A DNA stretch of 64,000 nucleotides from a virus. How positions within the stretch are numbered: the first letter of the stretch is position 1; the number at the start of each line of letters is the position of its first letter. The stretch lies in IMG/VR virus record IMGVR_UViG_3300030108_005940, positions 64,001 through 128,000 of that record; one strand, written 5' to 3'. The notes beneath the pieces are model-generated. The model was not told where the DNA came from and searched no databases. It worked only from the letters and a program-made list of their open reading frames with translations. Made by a program: the position numbers and the translations under genes. Positions 45,317 through 54,799 of the stretch are shown in pieces.

Positions 45317-47131
45317 ATGCCAGGACAAGGACCATCAACTAGCCCAAATCAAAATCGTTCATATGTAACCAACGACGGTCGTGCTTCGACTTTCGGTAGA
45401 AACTTAGTTCAATACATACAAAACAGATTACCATACGCAACTGACGGGCGTGGAGAAAATGATGCATTAAATCCAAAGTATAAATTTTTTGCAAAAGCAG
45501 GTATGAGAAGAGCTGAAGCTCTTGCAAAATCTTCTGTATCTTCTTCTAACCCCTTTAACAATATACCTATTGGAGACTTTGCAAAAGATTCTTCTTTTGG
45601 TGATGTCATGTATGCAAACATACAAGACGATAAAGCAGGTAGATTGAGAGACTATAGAATAATGGCTGCTTACTCTGAAGTATCTGATGCTTTAGATGAA
45701 ATATGTGATGAGACAATTAACCCAGATGAATCTGGTTGGATTACAAAGTTACAGTTAAAAGATATAGATTTAACAATTGATGAAAAAGAAGAACTTGAAA
45801 AGCAATTTCATAGATATATAGAATACTACGATTTAAAGAATAGAGGGTGGCAATACTTTAGACAGTTAATGGTTGAAGGTGAAGTCTTTTTTGAGCAAAT
45901 TATTCATGAAGGGTATGTTAAGGATGGTGTACTCGGGGTGATAAATTTACCAGCAGAGATTATAGATCCTGTTTACAATAACATACAAAATATGCTTGTT
46001 AAAGGTTATATTTATAGAAAGCCTATTTTTAGTCCTGAGCACCCTGAGAAGGTTGAAAAGATTGAATTTATACCAATGGATCAAAACCAGATAATGTATG
46101 TAAACTCTGGTGTATATAACGAAACAAAAAACTTTGTAATTCCATTTTTAGAAAATGCTAGACGACCTTACAGACAATTATCTTTAATTGAAGATGCAAT
46201 TGTAATTTATCGTTTAGTTAGAGCTCCTGAAAGATTAGTTTTTAATGTTGATGTTGGTAACATGGCTCCGCCAAAAGCAGAAGCATATTTACGCAAGTTA
46301 ATTCAAAATTACTGGTCTAGAAAAACATTTGATATTGATCAAAATGATATTGTTAAAAAATTTAATCCACAATCAATGCTTGATGCATTTTGGTTCGCTA
46401 GACGTCAAGGATCTGAAGGAACTACTGTATCTCAGTTAGCCGGTGGTGCTAATTTGGGGGAGCTTTCAGACTTAATGTATTTCATTAAGAAACTTTATAG
46501 AGCTCTTAAAGTACCTTCAATGAGATTAGATCCAAACGATCAAGCTTCAGCTGATGGATCAACGATATTACGTGAAGAATTAAAGTTTGCTAGATTTATT
46601 ATGAGACAACAGCAAAGGTTTGCTGCTGGTCTCAAAAAAGGTTATATTACACACTTAACCCTAATGGGTATATTTGAAAAATTAGAACTTAATGAACAAA
46701 ATATTGAAATCGATTTTAATGTTCCGACTAATTTTTACGAATTAAGAGAAAATCAAAGACTAGAGTTAAAGTCTAATAATTATAATAATTTAGCTTCAAA
46801 CGAATTTGTATCTGCTACTTACGCGCAAAAGAAATATCTCGGTTGGCGTGATAAAGACATACTTGCTAATAGAGAGTTTTTAAGAAAAGATGCTGAGTTA
46901 CAATGGGAGATATCACAAATTACTGCAGCCGGGCCTGCTTGGAAAGAACAAGCATTGGCAGGCGAGCTAGCCGAGGGCGAAGCAGCTGTCGGAGGTGAAG
47001 GAGCTGGGGTAGGCGGAGGAGGCTCTGGTGGTATACCAGAATTTGGTGGAGGACCAGCTGATGTAGATGCACCAGAGGAGGTTGATGTAGAAGCTGAAGT
47101 TGATACAGTAGAAACAGAAGAACCTACCTAA
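45317..47131 (+). CDS. gp20: Portal protein (gp20)
   Basis: YR.MA...EV..A.DEI, EDAIVIYRLVRAPERLVFNVDVGNM, EELKFARF. Confidence 0.95.
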   Translation: MPGQGPSTSPNQNRSYVTNDGRASTFGRNLVQYIQNRLPYATDGRGENDALNPKYKFFAKAGMRRAEALAKSSVSSSNPFNNIPIGDFAKDSSFGDVMYANIQDDKAGRLRDYRIMAAYSEVSDALDEICDETINPDESGWITKLQLKDIDLTIDEKEELEKQFHRYIEYYDLKNRGWQYFRQLMVEGEVFFEQIIHEGYVKDGVLGVINLPAEIIDPVYNNIQNMLVKGYIYRKPIFSPEHPEKVEKIEFIPMDQNQIMYVNSGVYNETKNFVIPFLENARRPYRQLSLIEDAIVIYRLVRAPERLVFNVDVGNMAPPKAEAYLRKLIQNYWSRKTFDIDQNDIVKKFNPQSMLDAFWFARRQGSEGTTVSQLAGGANLGELSDLMYFIKKLYRALKVPSMRLDPNDQASADGSTILREELKFARFIMRQQQRFAAGLKKGYITHLTLMGIFEKLELNEQNIEIDFNVPTNFYELRENQRLELKSNNYNNLASNEFVSATYAQKKYLGWRDKDILANREFLRKDAELQWEISQITAAGPAWKEQALAGELAEGEAAVGGEGAGVGGGGSGGIPEFGGGPADVDAPEEVDVEAEVDTVETEEPT

Positions 47132-47543
47132 CAGGGTTACTGCTAAAGAATTGTGTTCTATAATGTACTATACCCGCGCTGCCTGCTTTTGCTGATACTT
47201 GATTAACATTTGTAAGACCTCTCACTACAGTCTCGTGGTTATTAGGTATTTGAATTACATGGTCTGCTCTTACCGTTCCGTAATTACCACTTGTATCTAC
47301 AAAAATTTCTAAAACTCCTCCAGTAGTATTATATATAACAACCTCTGAACACGGCTGACCTACTTTAACTGCAACTGCAGGTGCTGTATTTGTATTACTA
47401 CCAAAAGGAGCAGGTGCATTTGGATCTTGCCCAGATAGCTGTACTATCGATGTAGGAACATGTCTTGAAAAGGAAAAACACTGATTTTGGTTATAATACG
47501 TGCTTGTGTCTTGCTGATTACTTTTAGGTGGTGATGTCGCCAT
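47124..47543 (-). CDS. Hypothetical late (probably virion) protein
   Basis: TAAATA-N5-ATG on the minus strand, divergent from gp13. Confidence 0.6.
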   Translation of the reverse strand: MATSPPKSNQQDTSTYYNQNQCFSFSRHVPTSIVQLSGQDPNAPAPFGSNTNTAPAVAVKVGQPCSEVVIYNTTGGVLEIFVDTSGNYGTVRADHVIQIPNNHETVVRGLTNVNQVSAKAGSAGIVHYRTQFFSSNPVR

Positions 47544-47573
47544 ATATTTATTTATTCGCGAATAAATAATTTT

Positions 47574-48767
47574 ATGGCACTTGCATGTACAATTCAGCCC
47601 CTTTCGGCTTTTCTCTCAACAAACTTAAACTCTAAAATAGAAACATATGATAGATTAGGTGATAGGATTAAAAGATCTTTAGGATTCCCTTTAGTTTCAT
47701 TAGAAATTCATACCGATCAACTTAGAGAAAATATACAAATCGCAGTTGAATATTTTACAAAATATGCTGGTTATACGCAAGAGTTTTTAATATTTGATTC
47801 CAGAATGTATGAAGAGAATAAAGGAATACGTTTAGATTTACTTTATACATTAGCAAATACTGATTTAGATACAAATAGAAAATTAACAGCTGGTAATAAT
47901 CCAATAGGACCTGGCCCTGAATTTTATGGATCTAGATCTCCCTACACTAGTGCGTTTGGTGAAACGCTTTTTGTTGCAACTTCAACTTTAAGTGGTAGTG
48001 TGTTTTCTAGTTCAGTTGAACTATCTTCAACATTTTCGTATGAAATGAGTGGTACGAGCCCGGGTATTAAAGAGTTAGAATTATTTGACCATGCTTTATT
48101 TTCACAAATTTCTTCTTTCAATCAAAGCCTAACTGCACACTTTAAACAAACTCAGAAAAACACTCTTACTTTTCAAGGATCTGCATCCGATGCTATATTT
48201 TATCAAAATGTTTTTGATTATGATATTATGGACTACCGTAAGGTAATCGATGTATCTGATTTTGAGGAAGGTTCAAATACCGGTATTAACACGTTATTTA
48301 CTCTCGAACAGACCCTAGCGCAACAAACCTATTTTAGTTATGCATTAGGTAATTATGGATTTGATCTTGTATCATGGTATACCTTAAAGGAGTGGATGGA
48401 CACCCGAGAAAAAATGTTAGCAACAAGACGTGATGTAAAATTTGATTCACGTACTCAGTATATGCAAATGTACCCACAACCTGATGGTAATCGATTTTAC
48501 GGAGTAATATCTTGTTATTTAGAAAGAGCAATTAGAGATGTTATTATGGAGCAATGGATATATGAATATGCATTAGCTTTATCACAAATAACTATAGGAC
48601 GTGTCAGGGGTAAATTTGGCAATGTACAATTATTAGGTGGTGGGGCATTAAATTACGATATGCTCCAAGAAGGTTTACAACGAAAAACTGAACTTGAAGG
48701 AGAATTGCTCCAAGGCGCTTCACCTGGTCTAGGTGATAATGACCCTCCAATGTTCTTTGTTGGGTGA
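47574..48767 (+). CDS. gp13: Neck protein (gp13-like) with Ser-rich insertion
   Basis: R.LG.P..EI..DQ, WIYEYALAL...G..RGKF..V.L.GG..LN, PPMFFVG. Confidence 0.85.
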   Translation: MALACTIQPLSAFLSTNLNSKIETYDRLGDRIKRSLGFPLVSLEIHTDQLRENIQIAVEYFTKYAGYTQEFLIFDSRMYEENKGIRLDLLYTLANTDLDTNRKLTAGNNPIGPGPEFYGSRSPYTSAFGETLFVATSTLSGSVFSSSVELSSTFSYEMSGTSPGIKELELFDHALFSQISSFNQSLTAHFKQTQKNTLTFQGSASDAIFYQNVFDYDIMDYRKVIDVSDFEEGSNTGINTLFTLEQTLAQQTYFSYALGNYGFDLVSWYTLKEWMDTREKMLATRRDVKFDSRTQYMQMYPQPDGNRFYGVISCYLERAIRDVIMEQWIYEYALALSQITIGRVRGKFGNVQLLGGGALNYDMLQEGLQRKTELEGELLQGASPGLGDNDPPMFFVG

Positions 48768-49204
48768 TGAATAAATGGCGTCAAGGTACCTTTATACCTA
48801 AAAATATACATAAGTTTATTGGTAGCAAAGCAATATACCGCTCTGGTTTAGAGTTAAAATTTTTCCGTTTTTGTGATGATAACCCTAACGTAATTAAATG
48901 GGGTAGTGAAAATGTTGTTATACCTTATACAAGTCCTATAGATCATAGAGTACATAGATATTACGTTGATAATTATATTGAAATTAAAGAAGGTACTGTA
49001 ACAAAAAAATATCTCGTTGAAATTAAACCTTCAAAACAAACAAAACCACCTACAGTTAAATATAAAAAGAAAAAGCATTTAATTTATGAGCAACGAGCGT
49101 TTGTTATAAATCAAGCAAAATGGTCTGCAGCTAGAGAATATTGTAAAAAAATAGGAGGTTCTTTCATTATTTTAACAGAAAAAGAGCTTATTTCGAACAA
49201 ATGA
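48767..49204 (+). CDS. gp4: Head completion nuclease (gp4, TnsA-like)
   Basis: YRSGLE..F...CD.NP....WGSE...IPY..P.D...HRY.VD, EIKP..QT..P, NQAKW.AA. Confidence 0.9.
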   Translation: MNKWRQGTFIPKNIHKFIGSKAIYRSGLELKFFRFCDDNPNVIKWGSENVVIPYTSPIDHRVHRYYVDNYIEIKEGTVTKKYLVEIKPSKQTKPPTVKYKKKKHLIYEQRAFVINQAKWSAAREYCKKIGGSFIILTEKELISNK

Positions 49205-49216
49205 ATAAATAATTGT

Positions 49217-49882
49217 ATGTCATTAAAGCTTAACTTGGTTGTAGAAAAACCTGATGTGAACGATGAGTTCGAATACATTGAAGAAGAAGTAGATAGAAAC
49301 TCACCTTCGAATTTATATATAAAAGGTCCTTATATGATGGCTGAAGGGGTAAATAGAAATAATCGTTTATACCCTCTAGATGAATTACAAAGAGAAACAC
49401 AACGTTATATTGAGGAAATGGTTACACCAGGCCGTGCAATGGGAGAGCTAAATCACCCAACATCAGCAGATGTAGATCTAGAAAGAGCGTGTCATATGGT
49501 AACAGAGTTAACCCAAGATGGAAATGTATTTTATGGTAAGTCAAAAGTATTATCTACGCCGTGTGGTCAAATAGTTAGATCTTTAATAAATGACGGTGTA
49601 AAAGTAGGTATGTCTTCACGAGCTTTAGGCACACTTGAAGAGAGTAGTGAGCATAGTACCGTTAAAAATATGAAATTAGTTGCTATTGATTGTGTAGCAG
49701 ATCCATCATATCCAAAAGCTTTTGTTAATGGTATATTAGAATCTAAACAATGGGTATTGGTTGATGATAATAAATACGAAGAAGTTTATGAAAATTTTGA
49801 AAAATCACTACAAAAACTACCAAAAAAAGACATTGATTTGTTTTTACGTAACAGAATCCTTAGCTTTATTAAATCAATATAA
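49217..49882 (+). CDS. gp21: Prohead protease (gp21)
   Basis: NRNNRLY, GELNHP, TPCG, GMSSRALG, D.VADPS. Confidence 0.93.
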   Translation: MSLKLNLVVEKPDVNDEFEYIEEEVDRNSPSNLYIKGPYMMAEGVNRNNRLYPLDELQRETQRYIEEMVTPGRAMGELNHPTSADVDLERACHMVTELTQDGNVFYGKSKVLSTPCGQIVRSLINDGVKVGMSSRALGTLEESSEHSTVKNMKLVAIDCVADPSYPKAFVNGILESKQWVLVDDNKYEEVYENFEKSLQKLPKKDIDLFLRNRILSFIKSI

Positions 49883-49893
49883 TAAATAATAAT

Positions 49894-50040
49894 ATGGCTA
49901 AAGATAAATTAAAGATTAGTAAGTTTATCCACCACGTTTCTGATAAAAATTATGCTCAGGCACATAAATATTTAAAGAGCGTCATTGAGGATAAAATTGC
50001 AAAAAAAATTAATAACGCAACCGATAAACCACTCTTTTAA
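49894..50040 (+). CDS. Small prohead core protein (gp67-like; not in ORF track)
   Basis: 48-aa ORF MAKDKLKISKFIHHVSDKNYAQAHKYLKSVIEDKIAKKINNATDKPLF with its own TAAATA-N5-ATG, between gp21 and gp22. Confidence 0.65.
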   Translation: MAKDKLKISKFIHHVSDKNYAQAHKYLKSVIEDKIAKKINNATDKPLF

Positions 50041-50042
50041 TT

Positions 50043-50897
50043 ATGAATAAGAAAGCATTACCTGAACAAGCAGAAGAAGTACTTACTGAAGAGTCAGTAC
50101 AAGCTATAGAATCTGCCATTGGAGAAAAAATTCAGCTATCAGTAGAAGCTGCATTAACTAATCAAGATGAGCTTTATGCTGAAAAACTTGAAGAGTTAGT
50201 TAGCGCGATTGATAAAGATCATACTGATAAACTTAAAAGAGTTGTAGAAGCTGTAGATATTAATAATGCAAATAAGCTTATTACTGTAGTTAAGCGTTAT
50301 GAAAAAGAACTCAATGGAAGCGCTAGTAAGTTTAAAACAACATTAGTAGAGAGTATTTCAGACTATTTAGATGAATACATAGAAGAAGCTGTACCAACAC
50401 AAGCTATTGAAGAAGCAACTAAGAATAGAACTGCAAGAGAAGTTCTTTCTAACTTAAGAAAAGTGCTTGCTGTAGATTCATCCCTAATGAGTGAGTCTGT
50501 TAAAGAAGCTGTTGTTGATGGTAAGACACAAATTGATAAATTAACTGCTGATCTTAACATTCTTAAAAAAGAAAATAATCTTCTTAAAGAAGCGTATGGA
50601 AAACAAACTGCTAATTTATTATTAGAAACAAAAACAGCTGGTCTTCCACAAAGTAAAAAAGATTATCTTGTTAAAATTTTAGGTGATAAATCACCAAAGT
50701 TTATTGAAGAGAACTTTAACTACACAGTTACGTTATTTAATAAAAAAGAAAAAGAAAGACTTTCTGTACTTAAAGAAGAGGCATACAAAACACGTAAGGT
50801 CAAAACAGATGCCCCGGTACAAAAAACAATCACAGAGGAGAAAAAATCCAAACCTTCTAACCCTTATCTTGAGGAGTTAGAGAGGTCACACAAATAA
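50043..50897 (+). CDS. gp22: Prohead scaffold/core protein (gp22-like)
   Basis: Coiled-coil acidic protein between protease and capsid genes; LVESISDYLDEYIEE. Confidence 0.75.
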   Translation: MNKKALPEQAEEVLTEESVQAIESAIGEKIQLSVEAALTNQDELYAEKLEELVSAIDKDHTDKLKRVVEAVDINNANKLITVVKRYEKELNGSASKFKTTLVESISDYLDEYIEEAVPTQAIEEATKNRTAREVLSNLRKVLAVDSSLMSESVKEAVVDGKTQIDKLTADLNILKKENNLLKEAYGKQTANLLLETKTAGLPQSKKDYLVKILGDKSPKFIEENFNYTVTLFNKKEKERLSVLKEEAYKTRKVKTDAPVQKTITEEKKSKPSNPYLEELERSHK

Positions 50898-50979
50898 TTT
50901 CACCCCTGAACAACGAGGTGCTAGCCACCTGAGTAACTTGGGACTAGATCCCATGAGGTAAAATGAAAGGAAACGTCTA
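50898..50979 (+). promoter_or_regulatory. Structured leader of the major capsid gene: two hairpins with CTAGN loops, then a Shine-Dalgarno
   Basis: AGGTG-CTAGC-CACCT (50916-50930), TGGGA-CTAGA-TCCCA (50939-50953), GAAAGGA before the ATG. Confidence 0.55.
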
Positions 50980-52512
50980 ATGAATAAACCACAATCATTT
51001 ATTGATAGAGATAGGGCAGATACACTTCTTGAGAAGTGGGCACCTGTTCTTGATTATTCATCCGATAGTGTTAAGGCTATTGATGACGACCACACTCGCT
51101 TGAATACTGCTATTCTTCTTGAGAACCAAGAGCAATGGTGTATTGAGGAGAGTTCTTCTGTTGGTGGAGGTTCTTTCGGAAAAGGTGCTACTATGTCGAG
51201 TTTATACAACCCGTCACAAGGTACCATCAATTCTGGAGATAACTACGCCGCAGGTGATGCTCGTCTTCCAAAAGTTCTTATTCCAATGATTCGTCGTACG
51301 TTCCCCGAGCTTATCACAAATGAGATTGTTGGCGTGCAGCCTATGTCTGGTCCTGTTGGACTTGCATTCGCACTTCGTTATGCTTATCAGAATGAATACC
51401 TTGGCTTTGGTGTCGATGGTACTGATAAGAACGGCGCCCTCACCGGTCCTGGTAACCCTCCTAACACCCCTGCAGGTGCAGCTTCTGGCGCACGTACTGG
51501 TGGTGCTGGAAATAACTACACTGGTGTAGACGGTCTTAATGCTGACGAGCTTGGATACCAACTTCTTGATACAAGATTTACCGGTGCTTCTTCTTACGGC
51601 TTGTCCGGAGATGATTCTAACTGGTCTTTCGCTGATCAAGATCGAGGTGTCGCTCAAATTCTTTCCGCATTTGAGATTACTGGTAACATTCCTCAGGTTG
51701 AGGTTAAGTTCGAGAAGACCGCTGTTGAGGCCGGCACACGCCGCCTTGGTGCACGTTGGTCCGTCGAGCTTGAGCAAGACCTTAAGAACATGAACGGTAT
51801 CGATATTGATGCTGAAATCACGAACGCTATGTCGTACGAGATTCAAGCTGAGATCGACCGTGAAATGCTCATGAGAATGATCCAGGCTTCTCTTAATGCT
51901 GGAGCTAACAGAGGATTCTCCTTCTGGTCACCTGCTTCTGCAGACGGCCGTTGGATGGTTGAGCGTAATAGGGACTTCTATCAGCGTATCATCATTGAAG
52001 CTAACCGCATTGCTGTGCGTAACAGGCGTGGGGCTGCAAACTTTATTGTTTGTACTCCTCGTGTTGCCGCCATTCTTGAAATGCTCCCTGAATTCCAGTG
52101 GGTACCCGTTCAAGGTGACGTAAATACACAACCTGTTGGTATTGCTAAGGTTGGTTCACTTGGTGGAAGATTCAACGTTTACCGTGATACTCGTACAGAG
52201 GTTCAGAACTCTAACATCTATGATGAGCAAACTTACACAACGAATGGTGCTACACGTACCGACGCTATTGAGTATGCTCTTCTCGGATACAAAGGTCCTG
52301 AATTCTACGATACTGGTATCATTTACTGTCCTTACATTCCTGTCATGGTTCAGAGAACTATTGGTCCTAACGACTTCGCACCACGTGTTGGCTTGCTTAC
52401 TCGTTATGGTGTTGTTGACAACATCTTCGGAGCAAATCTCTACTATCATGTCATTCTTGTTCAGGGACTCGGTACTGCGTTCACTCCAGCTTCTCAGTCG
52501 GTGTACTTCTAA
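50980..52512 (+). CDS. gp23: Major capsid protein (gp23)
   Basis: LLEKWAPVL, LLENQ, GVQPMSGP.GL.FALR, ELEQDL, EI.AEIDRE, YCPYIP, TRYG. Confidence 0.96.
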   Translation: MNKPQSFIDRDRADTLLEKWAPVLDYSSDSVKAIDDDHTRLNTAILLENQEQWCIEESSSVGGGSFGKGATMSSLYNPSQGTINSGDNYAAGDARLPKVLIPMIRRTFPELITNEIVGVQPMSGPVGLAFALRYAYQNEYLGFGVDGTDKNGALTGPGNPPNTPAGAASGARTGGAGNNYTGVDGLNADELGYQLLDTRFTGASSYGLSGDDSNWSFADQDRGVAQILSAFEITGNIPQVEVKFEKTAVEAGTRRLGARWSVELEQDLKNMNGIDIDAEITNAMSYEIQAEIDREMLMRMIQASLNAGANRGFSFWSPASADGRWMVERNRDFYQRIIIEANRIAVRNRRGAANFIVCTPRVAAILEMLPEFQWVPVQGDVNTQPVGIAKVGSLGGRFNVYRDTRTEVQNSNIYDEQTYTTNGATRTDAIEYALLGYKGPEFYDTGIIYCPYIPVMVQRTIGPNDFAPRVGLLTRYGVVDNIFGANLYYHVILVQGLGTAFTPASQSVYF

Positions 52513-52557
52513 TATTAGAACGTCGCTGATTAAGCAGCAGTCGAGAGACATAATCAC

Positions 52558-52591
52558 AAAACAGCAGAGCGAAAGCTCTGCTGTTTTTTTT
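52558..52591 (+). terminator. Strong intrinsic terminator after gp23
   Basis: aaaacagcagagc-GAAA-gctctgctgtttt followed by a T-tract. Confidence 0.92.
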
Positions 52592-52634
52592 GTTTATTCC
52601 TCTTAACTATTTTACAAGCAGACTAAATATTAAT

Positions 52635-53120
52635 ATGTCATCAATGAATTTTTTTAACCTTTCATCGTTTACACACGGTCTTTATAACTTAAGTGGGGGC
52701 GAATTTAGCAACACAGGAATACAACTTCCACACTATTTAAATAACTCGCCACTGGCAAATGGTCGAGGTGGAGACTTTGGATTAAGTGCGTTAGATAATT
52801 CAGTTCAATTATTAAATACAGGAAGAATTGGAGATTCACCAGTAATTGGACTTTTATTTAACTATAAAGGAGGCGATGGTAGTTCACCAAATAGCGCTCC
52901 TGTTACTGCTAGAACAATGAGATCACCAGATCATGCTACACATAATACACACATTAGAGTAGATTCAGATTACCATAATAATACCTTTGCATTAGTCGCT
53001 CTTAATGGAATGACCGTTACCTATACTGCTAAAGCCGGTACCATGCTACCAGTTGCTTCAGGTTTTAATCTAGTAGTTGGTCCAGATATGCGAAGAAAAG
53101 TACAAATGGGATACATTTAA
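52635..53120 (+). CDS. Putative capsid decoration protein, paralogue 1
   Basis: GACTAAATAT late promoter places the start at 52635; shares motifs with the 53135 ORF. Confidence 0.55.
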   Translation: MSSMNFFNLSSFTHGLYNLSGGEFSNTGIQLPHYLNNSPLANGRGGDFGLSALDNSVQLLNTGRIGDSPVIGLLFNYKGGDGSSPNSAPVTARTMRSPDHATHNTHIRVDSDYHNNTFALVALNGMTVTYTAKAGTMLPVASGFNLVVGPDMRRKVQMGYI

Positions 53121-53134
53121 GACTAAATATTTAT

Positions 53135-53629
53135 ATGGCAGATTACGAATACACATATGATACAGGTTTATACTTTACCGCAGATTTAGGTGGTGATACC
53201 GGTCCGGACCCTATAAATAATTCACCACGAGCAGATGGACGTGGAGGAATGTTTAGTTTAAGTGCTTTAAACAATTCATTTGTTTTGCTTTCTGGTGGAG
53301 CCATTACCGTTGATGGGGTTGATAGAGAAGTAGCTGGAGTGCTATTTACTTACCTGCCAGAAGCTTCAGCTGCACCACTACAATTAGACTACCATTGTAC
53401 AAATCCAGAAGACGGTGAGTTTACTTCTTGTAGATTTAGAGCTGCATGGTCGTTATTTAATCTTAATAAAGGCTACGATGGTCACACTATTGCTCTCGTT
53501 TGTGAAGATAACTTTACTGTTACATATCAAATTGCTCACGCCTCACGTACAGTAACTCCTGTTCTCTGTGGGTATAATCTCGCAGTAGGACCTAACTTAC
53601 GTCGTAAAGTAGCACTAGGTTACGCTTAA
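53135..53629 (+). CDS. Putative capsid decoration protein, paralogue 2
   Basis: Same promoter context; shared NNSP.A.GRGG.F.LSAL.NS and NL.VGP..RRKV..GY. Confidence 0.55.
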   Translation: MADYEYTYDTGLYFTADLGGDTGPDPINNSPRADGRGGMFSLSALNNSFVLLSGGAITVDGVDREVAGVLFTYLPEASAAPLQLDYHCTNPEDGEFTSCRFRAAWSLFNLNKGYDGHTIALVCEDNFTVTYQIAHASRTVTPVLCGYNLAVGPNLRRKVALGYA

Positions 53630-53684
53630 TTGAATACTAACGTGTTCTCCCTTAATCTCACGGGGTTATAGTATATATTTATAG

Positions 53685-53927
53685 CTATATACCATCATCA
53701 ACTTCTTCTTCTTGTATCTCGTTATATAAGATATAATGATCTTGCTTATTACTATCCCAATATGCTGAAGCTGTAGCATAATCACTAAAATAATGCTCTT
53801 CTAAAAAGTTATCTGAGACTCTAAACCCGTTATTATCTATTGTATATTCTACAAGATCTACGTAGTAACCACTAAGAGGAGGTCTAAGAGGGTCACACCT
53901 TGTTATATTCCAATCGTATTCTTTCAT
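53685..53927 (-). CDS. Hypothetical protein
   Basis: Coupled to the upstream ORF by overlapping stop/start. Confidence 0.55.
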   Translation of the reverse strand: MKEYDWNITRCDPLRPPLSGYYVDLVEYTIDNNGFRVSDNFLEEHYFSDYATASAYWDSNKQDHYILYNEIQEEEVDDGI

Positions 53928-54796
53928 TAGCTTATATTATAATAGTCCATTATATTTTTTTCTATAGCAGTTCGTAGAGAACTGCAGTCACCATCAAAAA
54001 CTAGACATTCAGTAATTCGCCCATCAAGAGCATATGTTGTAGCGTTGTTTAACCCACCGAGACCGTATGAACCTGAACTGTTTTTTTCAACACGAGTAAA
54101 GCTACCTAAAGACGTACCATCAATAAAGGGCTGATAATTACCTTGTACTGACCCAGCAATGGCAGTAAATAAATGAGGATCAGTATCACCGGTTTGCTGA
54201 ACCCGATTCCATGTACCTGCGTAACCAAAGTTTAAGCCATCATAGTATTGAGTTGGAGCATACCACCTAGCACCGTTAGTTGTTGTACCTAAGGAAAGCA
54301 TAACCTCTTGTGGGTTAGGATCCACAGTATCAAACTCACCAACAACAAATGAACTACAATCACCTATTCTTATATTAGGAAGAGCTGTATCTAAACGTAA
54401 ATAATCATTAGCACCATCAAAGTCTAATGCAGGTAACCCGTTTAAAGTGTTTATACTTCCACCATTAACAATAACCGGCATACTATACCGTGAAGTTTGT
54501 GTCGCGTCATTTCCATTACCACTTTGATCGTAGAGTGTTTTTACCCTAACTCGACCGTTACTTGTATCACCTGCTGCAAATGTTGTTAAGGTACCATCTG
54601 CAATCTCATCTGGAGTAAAGCCTTGCGTAGCGCCGCTTGAATCTAAATACCCCAAAAATACATCACCATTATAGTTTCTGTTCAAATATCTAAAGCTATA
54701 CATTCCATAAGCTGCAAATTCATAATCTGTAATATTAGGATGTATATCCATTAATAACTGCCTTGTAGATGAAATTATACCAGATTTATTTCTCAT
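53927..54796 (-). CDS. Concanavalin A/LamG-like virion protein
   Basis: V.TLYDQSGNGNDATQ, P.LDFDGANDYL, DGRITE...F, IE.NI..YY. Confidence 0.6.
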   Translation of the reverse strand: MRNKSGIISSTRQLLMDIHPNITDYEFAAYGMYSFRYLNRNYNGDVFLGYLDSSGATQGFTPDEIADGTLTTFAAGDTSNGRVRVKTLYDQSGNGNDATQTSRYSMPVIVNGGSINTLNGLPALDFDGANDYLRLDTALPNIRIGDCSSFVVGEFDTVDPNPQEVMLSLGTTTNGARWYAPTQYYDGLNFGYAGTWNRVQQTGDTDPHLFTAIAGSVQGNYQPFIDGTSLGSFTRVEKNSSGSYGLGGLNNATTYALDGRITECLVFDGDCSSLRTAIEKNIMDYYNIS

Positions 54797-54799
54797 AAT

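Noticed and set aside
50898-50970. Possible hammerhead ribozyme or known riboswitch in the gp23 leader
   Set aside because: CTGAGTA does not match the CUGANGA core and the required third stem is not evident; no preQ1 or other aptamer consensus recognised
51214-52606. Several long alternative-frame and antisense ORFs overlapping gp23
   Set aside because: Expected by-product of the GC-richer, biased codon usage of the capsid gene; no recognisable motifs or promoters
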